The notes under the pieces: model-generated
Database searches by the model: none
Told to the model about the DNA's origin: nothing
Seen by the model: the letters and a program-made list of their open reading frames with translations, nothing else
Program-made: the position numbers and the translations under genes
Shown: piece after piece, positions 29,332 to 37,364 of the stretch
Layout of the letters: each line of letters opens with the position of its first letter
Numbering within the stretch: the first letter of the stretch is position 1
From: Candidatus Binatia bacterium
GTDB lineage: Bacteria; Desulfobacterota; Binatia; Bin18
Length of the DNA stretch: 64,000 nt
Assembly: GCA_963666315.2 (NCBI GenBank)
Contig: CAXXHG010000018.1
Span: 1-64,000, forward strand
Reading direction: 5' to 3'

Positions 29332-30582
29332 ATGGTGACGCGTCCAACATCACTCCTACCGGAGCAGTTTGGCTCTTTGCAGGGTGTCAGACTGGTATCG
29401 ACTGGCAGTCTGGTTGCTCAACCCTTTGCCGCAGCCCTGGCCGCAGAAATGGGGGCAGAGGTCATCCAGATTGAACGACCGGGAGAGGGAGACGCAGCCT
29501 GGCGTCATTTGGGCATGCAGCTCCCAACCAAAGACGGGACAGGCCAAGCCGCCACAACTTGGATCCAGGAGCGTCGAAACGAATGGCATGTCACGCTCGA
29601 CTTTAGTCAGCCCGAAGGCCGAGAACTCTTCTTAAAGCTCATCAAAACCTGTGACATCTGGATGGAGAGCTCAAAACCAGGTTCATACTCCAAGTGGGGC
29701 CTGACCGATGACGTCGTGCTCCAGGCCAATCCCAAGCTCGTCATTGCCCATGTCTCCGGCTACGGTCAGAGCGGCCACGAAGATTACCTGGGGCGAGCCT
29801 CGTACGACATGATCGGCCAAGCCTTTGGCGGGCTCATGTACCAAACCGGCTTTCCGGACCCAGACCCGCCAGTCCGAGCTAACCCATGGACGGCCGATTA
29901 TATTACTGCGCTGTCCTGCTTGTGGTCGTCCCTGGCCGGATATATCTCTGCGCAGCGGACGGGCAAGGGACAAGTGATCGATGTGTCCCAGTTTGAGGCC
30001 GTTCACCGCCTACTGTCCGGCACGATGATCGAGTATTTTGCTAAAGGCTTCGTCCGTGAGCGGACGGGCAATAAAGCTACCGCCTTTCAGCCCTATGATG
30101 CATTCCAGGCCCGCGATGGTTGGGTAGTCGTTGGCGCGGTTGGTCTAACCGTTTTCTCACGCGTGTGTCGTGTCCTCGAACTCGACCCGGAGGACGAGAA
30201 ATGGCACAAGGCCAGCACCGATGTGAACGGCATGGAAGGCATTGAATTTGATGCACTGCTGCGAGGCTGGATCGCTGAACGGACGGTTGCCGAAGTGGTC
30301 GAGATCTTCAATGCTGCTCAGGTCGCCTGTAGTCCCATTATGAATAGTCGGGATATGGCGGAAGATCCGCATTATAAGGCTCGCAACGTTCATATCGAGT
30401 GGCAGGACGAACAGGTTGGCACGGTCAAAGGTTCTGGCGTGAGCCCATCTTTTTCAGATACTCCGGGCAAAATCTGGCGCGGCTCTGTCCCGGTCGGACA
30501 TGATAACGAGAAAATTTATACCCACTTTGCCGGGCTGAGCCGGGAAGAAGTCGCCCAGTTGAAAGAAAAGGGCGTCATTTAA
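29332..30582 (+). CDS. CoA-transferase family III (CaiB/BaiF)
   Basis: MGAEVIQIERPG.GD, NPKLVIAHVSGYGQSG, YDMIGQAFGG, ADYITAL. Confidence 0.93.
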   Translation: MVTRPTSLLPEQFGSLQGVRLVSTGSLVAQPFAAALAAEMGAEVIQIERPGEGDAAWRHLGMQLPTKDGTGQAATTWIQERRNEWHVTLDFSQPEGRELFLKLIKTCDIWMESSKPGSYSKWGLTDDVVLQANPKLVIAHVSGYGQSGHEDYLGRASYDMIGQAFGGLMYQTGFPDPDPPVRANPWTADYITALSCLWSSLAGYISAQRTGKGQVIDVSQFEAVHRLLSGTMIEYFAKGFVRERTGNKATAFQPYDAFQARDGWVVVGAVGLTVFSRVCRVLELDPEDEKWHKASTDVNGMEGIEFDALLRGWIAERTVAEVVEIFNAAQVACSPIMNSRDMAEDPHYKARNVHIEWQDEQVGTVKGSGVSPSFSDTPGKIWRGSVPVGHDNEKIYTHFAGLSREEVAQLKEKGVI

Positions 30583-30586
30583 TTGG

Positions 30587-30614
30587 GTAGGGGCGGTCCG
30601 TGAACCGCTCCTAC
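30587..30614. repeat. GTAG-type REP palindrome
   Basis: GTAGGGGCGGTCCGTGAACCGCTCCTAC. Confidence 0.75.
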
Positions 30615-30745
30615 CCGCAGCCTCCCTTTTCTCACCACAGTTACTCTCCTATGTCCCTGCTCGAACGTGTCGAGATTACACACATGGCGGAATGAATCTT
30701 CTTGCAACTTCTGCGTCTTTTTAGCGTTCGTACAGAAAACCCGAT

Positions 30746-32230
30746 ATGCTGGAACCAATCAAAAGAAAAGGAGCACGTACGCCGTTGCTTATGAAACGCA
30801 TTCAGGTGGTATGGATTCTCGCCTTCAGTTTTTTCTGTCTCGGAGGACTCTCTCCGCAGCAGCTGTCGGCCGCTCCGCTTATCAGCACCCAAGCCGACCA
30901 GACCCAGGTCTCACTCGCCATCTATAATTCGAATCTCGGCCTGGTCAAAGACGTGCGTACGATTGAACTCGCCGCAGGCGAAAACGAACTTCAGTTTATG
31001 GATGTGGCCGCCCAAATTATGCCGACCACAGTCCATATCCGGTCACGCACCAATCCCAAAAACCTCCAGGTGTTGGAGCAGAACTATGAATACGACCTGC
31101 TCAGCCCGGACAAGCTGCTCGAAAAATATGTGGGCAAGGAAATCAGACTGCTCGACAAAAACTATTACACCGGCAAAGAAGAGCTGGTCACGGCTACCCT
31201 GCTCTCCACTGACGGCGCGCCGATTTATCAAGTCGGTGACGAAATAACGATCGGGCTACCGGGCCGGGTAATCTTGCCCCAAATTCCGGACAATCTGATT
31301 GCCAAACCGACCTTGGTCTGGCTGCTGCGCAGTCAAACAGCGGACACGCACACGATTGAAGCCTCATATTTAACAAACGATATCACCTGGGAGGCCGATT
31401 ATATTGCGGTCTTAAATGCGAATGACACCCTGGCTGATCTGTCCGGCTGGGTGTCTATAGCCAATAAATCAGGCGCGACATATCGCAACGCCACCCTCAA
31501 GCTCGTCGCAGGCGACGTGCACCGGGTGCAGCCTATAGTGCAATATGAGCGGGCTATGGCCATGGGCGGCGTGGAAGACGCACCTAGCGCACCTCAATTT
31601 CAAGAAGAGTCTTTCTTTGAATACCACCTGTACACGCTTGATCGGCCGGCCACGGTGAAAGACAACCAGACCAAACAGATGTCGCTCTTGTCCGCCACCG
31701 ACATTCCCATCATCAAACAGCTCATTTTGCACGGCCAGCCGAGATATGTGCGTGGATCGTTTGATGCGCAACAGCCAAAACAAAAAGTCAGCGTCTACCT
31801 AGAGATCACGAACACAAAGAAAAACAACCTAGGCATGCCGCTGCCCAAAGGCACCATCCGGGTCTACAAAGCCGACTCGCAGGGCAGCTTGCAATTCGTG
31901 GGTGAAGATCAGATTGACCACACGCCCAAAGACGAAACCATCAAAGTTAAAATGGGGGAGTCGTTTGACGTGGTTGGCGAACGCCGCCAAACCAGCTTCA
32001 AACGTCTGGCACGCCACCTGTCGGAAGTCAGTTGGCAAATCATTGTCCACAATCACAAAGACGAAGATGTCACCGTTCGGGTGGAAGAGCCCATGTACGG
32101 CGACTGGGAAGTCATCTCGTCCACACCGGAAAAATACGAGAAGCCGGACACTCACACCCTACGCTTTGAAGTCAGCGTACCCAAAAATGGCGAAGTAAAA
32201 ATCGGCTACCGGGTGCAGATCAAGACCTGA
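30746..32230 (+). CDS. DUF4139 domain secreted protein
   Basis: Signal peptide; AIYNSNLGLVKDVR, EQNYEYDL, EYHLYTL, LGMPLPKGTIRVY, FVGEDQIDHTP. Confidence 0.9.
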   Translation: MLEPIKRKGARTPLLMKRIQVVWILAFSFFCLGGLSPQQLSAAPLISTQADQTQVSLAIYNSNLGLVKDVRTIELAAGENELQFMDVAAQIMPTTVHIRSRTNPKNLQVLEQNYEYDLLSPDKLLEKYVGKEIRLLDKNYYTGKEELVTATLLSTDGAPIYQVGDEITIGLPGRVILPQIPDNLIAKPTLVWLLRSQTADTHTIEASYLTNDITWEADYIAVLNANDTLADLSGWVSIANKSGATYRNATLKLVAGDVHRVQPIVQYERAMAMGGVEDAPSAPQFQEESFFEYHLYTLDRPATVKDNQTKQMSLLSATDIPIIKQLILHGQPRYVRGSFDAQQPKQKVSVYLEITNTKKNNLGMPLPKGTIRVYKADSQGSLQFVGEDQIDHTPKDETIKVKMGESFDVVGERRQTSFKRLARHLSEVSWQIIVHNHKDEDVTVRVEEPMYGDWEVISSTPEKYEKPDTHTLRFEVSVPKNGEVKIGYRVQIKT

Positions 32231-32305
32231 CTCAACCGTTCATAATTTTTTTTACAAAAATGATGCTCATTGTTTTCTCGACTAGGGGATACTAGACTAA
32301 AGCCC

Positions 32306-32884
32306 ATGAGACAAAGTACTCAGTCCGCACCTAGCCCACATCGTTTTACCCGCGAAGAATACCACCGTCTGGCAGAGCCCAACCTCCTTAGGGATGAACG
32401 CGTCGAACTGCTCGATGGAGTCATTGTCAATATGAGTCCGCAGAACAGTCCTCATGCAGCAACAACCCATCGCCTCTTGTTTACACTCCTGCGCACTTTG
32501 GGGGAAGCGGCTTACGTTCGGGTGCAAGCACCCATTGTCCTCAACGACTGGAGTGAGCCAGAGCCTGATATTGCGATCTGCCAGCCTGACCAGGCCGACT
32601 ATGCCAAACAGCATCCACACGCTCATCAGGTAATGGTGATAATTGAAGTGGCAGAAAGCTCGCTGGCTTATGATCAAACCCAAAAGGCTCACGCCTACGC
32701 CGCAAGCGGCATTCCTGAGTATTGGATTGTCAATCTGACCGACCGGACTATTGCCGTGTTGACCAATCCTTTAACGGCAGATGGGCGGTATCAGTACGAA
32801 CAGATTAAACTAGAAGGCGAGAGACTCTCTCTTCCGCATGACCACCAGACCATCGCGGTCTCCGACATCCTGCCACCGGTGTAG
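32306..32884 (+). CDS. Uma2-family (DUF820) endonuclease-like protein
   Basis: RFTREEYHRL, RVELLDG, SEPEPDI, IEVAESSL.YD..K..YA..GIPEYWIVNL. Confidence 0.93.
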   Translation: MRQSTQSAPSPHRFTREEYHRLAEPNLLRDERVELLDGVIVNMSPQNSPHAATTHRLLFTLLRTLGEAAYVRVQAPIVLNDWSEPEPDIAICQPDQADYAKQHPHAHQVMVIIEVAESSLAYDQTQKAHAYAASGIPEYWIVNLTDRTIAVLTNPLTADGRYQYEQIKLEGERLSLPHDHQTIAVSDILPPV

Positions 32885-32989
32885 CATCCCCTTTATCCCC
32901 AGTTCCGCTTGGGAAACCCCGATCATAGCCAGCAGTCCGGCATTTCCCCTCTTGGGGAGGACCTCAAACGCCATCTAAGGAGCAGTAAG

Positions 32990-33490
32990 CTATTCATTCA
33001 ATTGTTGGAGAAAAGCTTCAAGGAACTGACCGCTGTAATGAATTCCTTGCTCTTGCATGCGCTCAAGGAAAGGACGAACTCTGGAAATGACTCCTCGACG
33101 TTTCGCACGAACGAGAAGCCCAGCCGTACGGATAATGCGAAGACCACGAGCAAGTGCAACTGAACGCGCTGCACGCTCGTCAAGTAGCAGGTCGTCGGCA
33201 ACGATCTCTTCAGCTAATACGATGGTCTCGGCTTCACCGCGATCAAGGAGAAGGAAAAGTTCCGGTGGATTCGTCCGAACAGCTCGGACCTCGACCCAAG
33301 AAGCGGTACGGATCTCTGCTGCGCCCAGGCGATTATTCGCTCTTGTGATTTCCTGCCAAACCGCCTCCGGAATCAACACTTGCCCGACAATACGTTGGAG
33401 GAGGACTAACTCTCCAATACGCGCAAACGCAATCAGTGGGGTAGAATTGCTAACAATTATTCGGGGCGGAGTCTCGCTTGGCAGCTGCAA
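32990..33490 (-). CDS. DUF3368 PIN-domain toxin-like protein
   Basis: IIVSNSTPLI, LDRGEAETI.LA, LLLDERAAR; start uncertain (TTG/CTG). Confidence 0.82.
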   Translation of the reverse strand: MQLPSETPPRIIVSNSTPLIAFARIGELVLLQRIVGQVLIPEAVWQEITRANNRLGAAEIRTASWVEVRAVRTNPPELFLLLDRGEAETIVLAEEIVADDLLLDERAARSVALARGLRIIRTAGLLVRAKRRGVISRVRPFLERMQEQGIHYSGQFLEAFLQQLNE

Positions 33491-33728
33491 TTTCTGCCGT
33501 TGCGTCTTCAGCCTAAAGATCAAAGGTCGGAATGCCTCGGGTAGCCAAGACATCCATAAAGTCGAGGCGAGACAACCCCGCCAGCCGAGCGGATTGGCCA
33601 AGGGACAAGCGTTTTTCACGCAGGTAGTGGATCGCAGCAACCAAACGCATCTCTTTGGCCAACTCAGCTGGCTGCTCGCCAAGAGTCACGAGCAGATCAT
33701 CAGGAATATCCAAAGAAACCCGCGGCAT
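33450..33728 (-). pseudogene. UPF0175-family antitoxin-like protein with premature amber stop
   Basis: LAKEMRLVAAI..LSLGQSARLAGLSRLDFMDVL..RGIP; TAG at 33513, and the frame continues AEDATAEI.. to 33450. Confidence 0.75.
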
Positions 33729-34164
33729 AGTCTGTTCCTTTCTTATGTATTGTTCAGCCTAGCCCCGGAGCAAAACCAGGTCAAAAAAAAGAGAGTCTAT
33801 TTATCAGCGCCCCTTTCGGGAGGCCCCGCCTTCTCCGGTAGGGTGCGCCCTGCGCACCACAGCAGGCAAACACAAATACCTAAGGTAGAAGCGATTACCA
33901 TATTCCAGAAATCATAACTTAATCAAGTAATTTCAATTGAGCATTTATTTATTAGAAATATTCTTTTATGGGATAATCGCTATGCCAATCGCTGTGCAGA
34001 AGAGTATACTGACGTTTTTGTATCGGCGCAGTTGAATAGAATGGCGAAAAAAACATGATAATTTTTCACCACTAATTTTTCTAGTCGATAGGCTGGTGTT
34101 TGATACTCGGTATTTTGGGGTCGGATGTGGCGTCGCGCAGATTCCTACTTGTCTGCCTTCTCAT

Positions 34165-35019
34165 CACTAGGGCGAAGTAGGTCCAACGTCCGCTCCACTT
34201 TCCGCAGGTCCTCAGTTTCTAGGCCATGTCACAGATAAATGTCACGAGCTGCCTCAAGCAACTCCAGCGCGTCCTCTAGCTTTCCTTGGCCGGCATAGGC
34301 GAGGCCGATATTCCCGAGGGCATTGGCTTCGCCCAGGGGGTTACCTATCTTCCTATAAAGCTCTAAGGCGGCTTGATCGGTTGTCAGCGCGTCCCCGAGC
34401 TTCTTCTGCTGAGACGAGACCGATACCATTACGAAGGGCTGCCTCAAAGTCCTTCTTTCTTCTTTGCCGTGCAGTTTTTAGACCTAGCAAATAGGCCGCC
34501 TCCGCCTCTCTAATATCTGAGATCTGTCAGAGAGTATTCCCGAGGTTTAAATACGCCGACATCGTCGGCAGCACGTTGATTGACTTCCGATACGTGGAGG
34601 CGGCATCTCGGTAGCGCTCGGCGACATAATCCCGTTCGGCACTCTCAAAGTAGTCCGCAGCTTCCTTCGCACGCTCAGCGGGCATCTCTTCGATCTCCTG
34701 CTTGGACCCGTAAGCGGTCGCCTTTGGGGGTTCCTTCTTAGTATCGTCGGACAAAGCTATAGCAGGTTGTACATTGAGCAAGTCCCTAAAAGTCATGGCC
34801 CCGTAGGAAACCACCGCGCCAGTAACAGCAAGCAAGAGAAAGAGTGGGCGGTTGCGCGTTGCCCAGCCCAAAAACTTTGCGAGAGTTGGTTGGGGAAGAA
34901 GTTCTACTGGGGTGATCGTCGCTGAAAGCATTAAGCCGGCAAGGGCCGCTAAGAGGCCGCTGAGCCCTACGAGGACGGTCAAGAGGCGTAACACGAATTT
35001 CCGCCTTCGATGAGAACAT
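34165..35019 (-). pseudogene. Membrane-anchored TPR protein, fragmented
   Basis: N-terminal TMs, AYLNLGNTL*, further stops and shifts, then ALELYRKIGNPLGEANALGNIGLAYAGQGKLEDAL TPR repeat. Confidence 0.75.
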
Positions 35020-35186
35020 TATCTTTTGTGGGTGCCCGACCGGTCTCGCTCACCAGCCGCTCGCGCAGACGGGGATCCTCTTTTGCGGAACTTTTCTCTT
35101 CCGCCTCCCGAGCTGTAGAAGCTGCCATACTAGTTTTGTCCGGGCCCTGTTAGGCTACGATCAAGATGAGGATTGGAGAGCTACTT

Positions 35187-35360
35187 CTATTCTGTTTTTG
35201 CCAACCGCAAAATATGTCGATCTTGCTCGATGCCGATGAAGCGGCGACCTTCGTGGGGGGCGGCTCCCGTTGTACCGCTGCACATGAAGGGGTCGAGGAT
35301 CAGCCCCTCTGGGAGGACGCATTCGATCAGCTGGCGCATGAGGTCAGTCGGTTTGGTGGA
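35187..35360 (-). pseudogene. C-terminal fragment of an N4/N6 (beta-class) DNA methyltransferase
   Basis: KPTDLMRQLIE..LILDPFMCSGTTG..GRRFIGIE (FxGxG motif degenerate); no catalytic N-terminal half. Confidence 0.8.
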
Positions 35361-35439
35361 GGCTTTGCCCTCTCCGTTCGTATTTCTGACTCGGCGAAGC
35401 TTGACGCTCGCTTGTGGTTCGCCCGCATGAAGAATAGGG

Positions 35440-35530
35440 CAGATCACCTCAACAGCTCCATGAGCGCTGCACATGAGTTGCGGGCAACCCTCCCCGGCGC
35501 TTTGCGCCACCCCTCCAAGGTGGGAATTAT
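35440..35530 (+). repeat. Partial copy of the about 240-270 bp repeat
   Basis: ATCACCTCA..ATGAGCGCTGCACATGAGTTGCGGGCAACCC..GGCGCTTTGCGCCACCCCTCCA matches 36638-36712. Confidence 0.8.
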
Positions 35531-35758
35531 GCACAGCATGACACCAAAGGAATGCTGTGCTCAAGTAGGGGAATGTTGACGTGACAAGACCTGGAGGAGC
35601 GATGCCTAGCCTATCTGGTTCGGCTGCACTAGCCGGCGGGGGTGTGGTATGCGCGGTGTCAGAGCACCGAGATCTCTAAAGTGTCGCAGCCCAGCCCTTT
35701 AGGTAGCACCGACCTTCACCCGTCGGTAAGGATTGAAACAACGGTTGGGTGTTCTCTG

Positions 35759-35794
35759 CGCCTCTCGGATTGTGACTCCGAGAGACGTTTTTTT
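35759..35794 (+). terminator. Intrinsic terminator hairpin with T-tract on the + strand
   Basis: CGCCTCTCGGA-ttgtgac-TCCGAGAGACG-TTTTTTT; homolog of 13101-13129. Confidence 0.7.
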
Positions 35795-35927
35795 AGGGCG
35801 CTGTCTTATCGAGTATCCGCTCGGTAAGACGTGCCACGTAGCGGACCTCTCGCACGATGTAGGTCAGCGCGATAGCTCCGATCACCATCTGTCCGACCAG
35901 CATCATGGCGAGTATGATATGCTCCGT
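35793..35927 (-). CDS. Small single-TM peptide (37-44 aa), candidate type I toxin
   Basis: AGGAGG RBS followed by ACG (alternative ATG at 35906): EHIILAMMLVGQMVIGAIALTYIVREVRYVARLTERILDKTAP; promoter TTGCAA-17-AACAAT (35950-35978). Confidence 0.6.
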   Translation of the reverse strand, partial: TEHIILAMMLVGQMVIGAIALTYIVREVRYVARLTERILDKTAP

Positions 35928-36004
35928 TATCCTTCCTCCTGTCTGATTTATTGTTCTGCATTCCATCCCGTGTTGCAACCTCCTTTTTCTTCCTCGGTCA
36001 GGTC

Positions 36005-36240
36005 GCACGGGGAACGTTTAGCGCTTGGCTGGGGGTGGCGCTTATTGGCTCTATCTCCTGGGACTGGCCGCGCTGGAATCTCTATCCCCGCTCGATGCTG
36101 TTAGCGGACGAGTCGCCTCAGGAGCGAGATGAGCGCTGCGCATGGGTTGCGGGCAACCCACCCCATCGCTACGCGCCACCCCGCCCAAGAGGGGATATTG
36201 TTGGAGGGAGATTAAGACAAGTCTTGCCGGTGGGTCGCGC
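36005..36240 (+). repeat. About 240 bp direct repeat, copy A
   Basis: Aligns with 36532-36770 from GCACGGG.AACGTTT to GATTAAGACAAGTCTTGCCGGTGGG. Confidence 0.9.
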
Positions 36241-36254
36241 CACGATTCTAAGAA

Positions 36255-36347
36255 TCAACGGTGGGTTGCAACTTTGTAAGCAAACCAAACAGCCGCACCG
36301 ATGACGCCAAAAATAACGAACAGTCCAACGACGTAATCAAAACTCAT
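36255..36347 (-). CDS. Small hydrophobic peptide (30 aa), not in the ORF track
   Basis: AAGGAGG-6 nt-ATG; MSFDYVVGLFVIFGVIGAAVWFAYKVATHR*; TATAGT -10-like hexamer just upstream. Confidence 0.65.
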   Translation of the reverse strand: MSFDYVVGLFVIFGVIGAAVWFAYKVATHR

Positions 36348-36447
36348 GCGTCGCCTCCTTTTCGAACTATAGCGAGAATCTGCTTGTACTGAAACCAGGC
36401 CAGCGGGCCTAAACTGATCGTGCCAAGAACACCAGCTACCGGTCTCT

Positions 36448-36496
36448 CCGGTGGGTCGCGCTACGCTTGACCCACCCTACAATTCTACAAACAGCA
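36448..36496. repeat. GTAG-type REP (CCGGTGGGTCGCGCTACGCTTGACCCACCCTAC) plus flank, duplicated at 36753-36802
   Basis: Palindrome plus a shared TACA.TTCTACAAACAG tail. Confidence 0.8.
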
Positions 36497-36531
36497 GGTG
36501 CTGTTTGTCTGACGAAAAGAAAAGTAGGGTT

Positions 36532-36802
36532 GCACGGGCAACGTTTGGCGCCGGGCTGGGGGTGGCGCTTATTGGCTTTATCCTCTGGGGCTTGCCGCGC
36601 TGGAATCTCTATCGCCACTCGATGCTGTGAGCGGGCGAATCACCTCAGGAGCGAGATGAGCGCTGCGCATGAGGTGCGGGCAACCCACCCCGGCGCTTTG
36701 CGCCACCCCTCCACGGAGGGGATATTGTTGAGGGGAGATTAAGACAAGTCTTGCCGGTGGGCCGCGCGTAGCGCGACCCACCTTACAGTTCTACAAACAG
36801 GA
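36532..36802 (+). repeat. About 270 bp direct repeat, copy B
   Basis: See copy A; begins with a frame reading ARATFGAGLGVALIGFILWGLPRWNLYRHSML*. Confidence 0.9.
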
Positions 36803-36846
36803 TGTGCACCGGTACGACGGACCAATGCTCCGCGTTCTCGGGTCAC

Positions 36847-37348
36847 TTAGGGCAGCTCGCGGCCGAGCCAATCCGTATAGAACGCTTGGAGGTTAGGCGT
36901 GAAGTTCGCCAGGATAGGATACCCAGGCGGGACTGCGTCTACTTCAAGTTGGCGGCCACAGCCCGGACAGACGAACTCCCGAATTTCATTCTTCTCCGGA
37001 TCCGGGCTGCGCGGCCCGGACCAGATTTCCTCCAGACTCTCGGTCGTGTCGCGCACATGGATCAACGCACCTAGCTTCCAATTATCGCGGTAGTCACCAA
37101 ACTCTTGTCCGCACAGACACTTGACCGCGTACACGCCCTCAATTCTTCACAATCGAGAGCACCGGCGAGAGGGGCAGAATAATCGGCTCATCCCAGTCCA
37201 CGCGCGACTGCAAGACGCGAACATAGACATCGAACCGCTTCGGGTCCTTGAACGAGGATTGGATGTGATGGACATCGTCCCACGGCAATTCACCGTCCAG
37301 GAGTTGGCCCAGAGTGGCCTCATCAATCTCAACAACTTGTCCTGCCAT
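36847..37348 (-). pseudogene. acxC: Acetone carboxylase gamma subunit-like, frameshifted
   Basis: LLDGELPW..KDPKRF..VDWDEPIILPL, shift near 37140, then VKCLCGQEFGDYRDNWK..REFVCPGCGRQLEVDAVPPGYP. Confidence 0.85.
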
Positions 37349-37364
37349 ATTTAGAACTCCGCAA

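Noticed and set aside
33057-33917. 286-aa + strand ORF and similar long shadow ORFs (46267-47253, 53751-54470, 39778-40518)
   Set aside because: They are antisense to well-supported genes and have Ser/Arg-rich, non-protein-like composition typical of GC-rich shadow frames
35440-36802. Repeat-spacer layout as a CRISPR array or classical integron
   Set aside because: Repeats are about 250 bp and degenerate, spacers are gene-sized, and no cas genes, intI or clear attC R/L boxes are present
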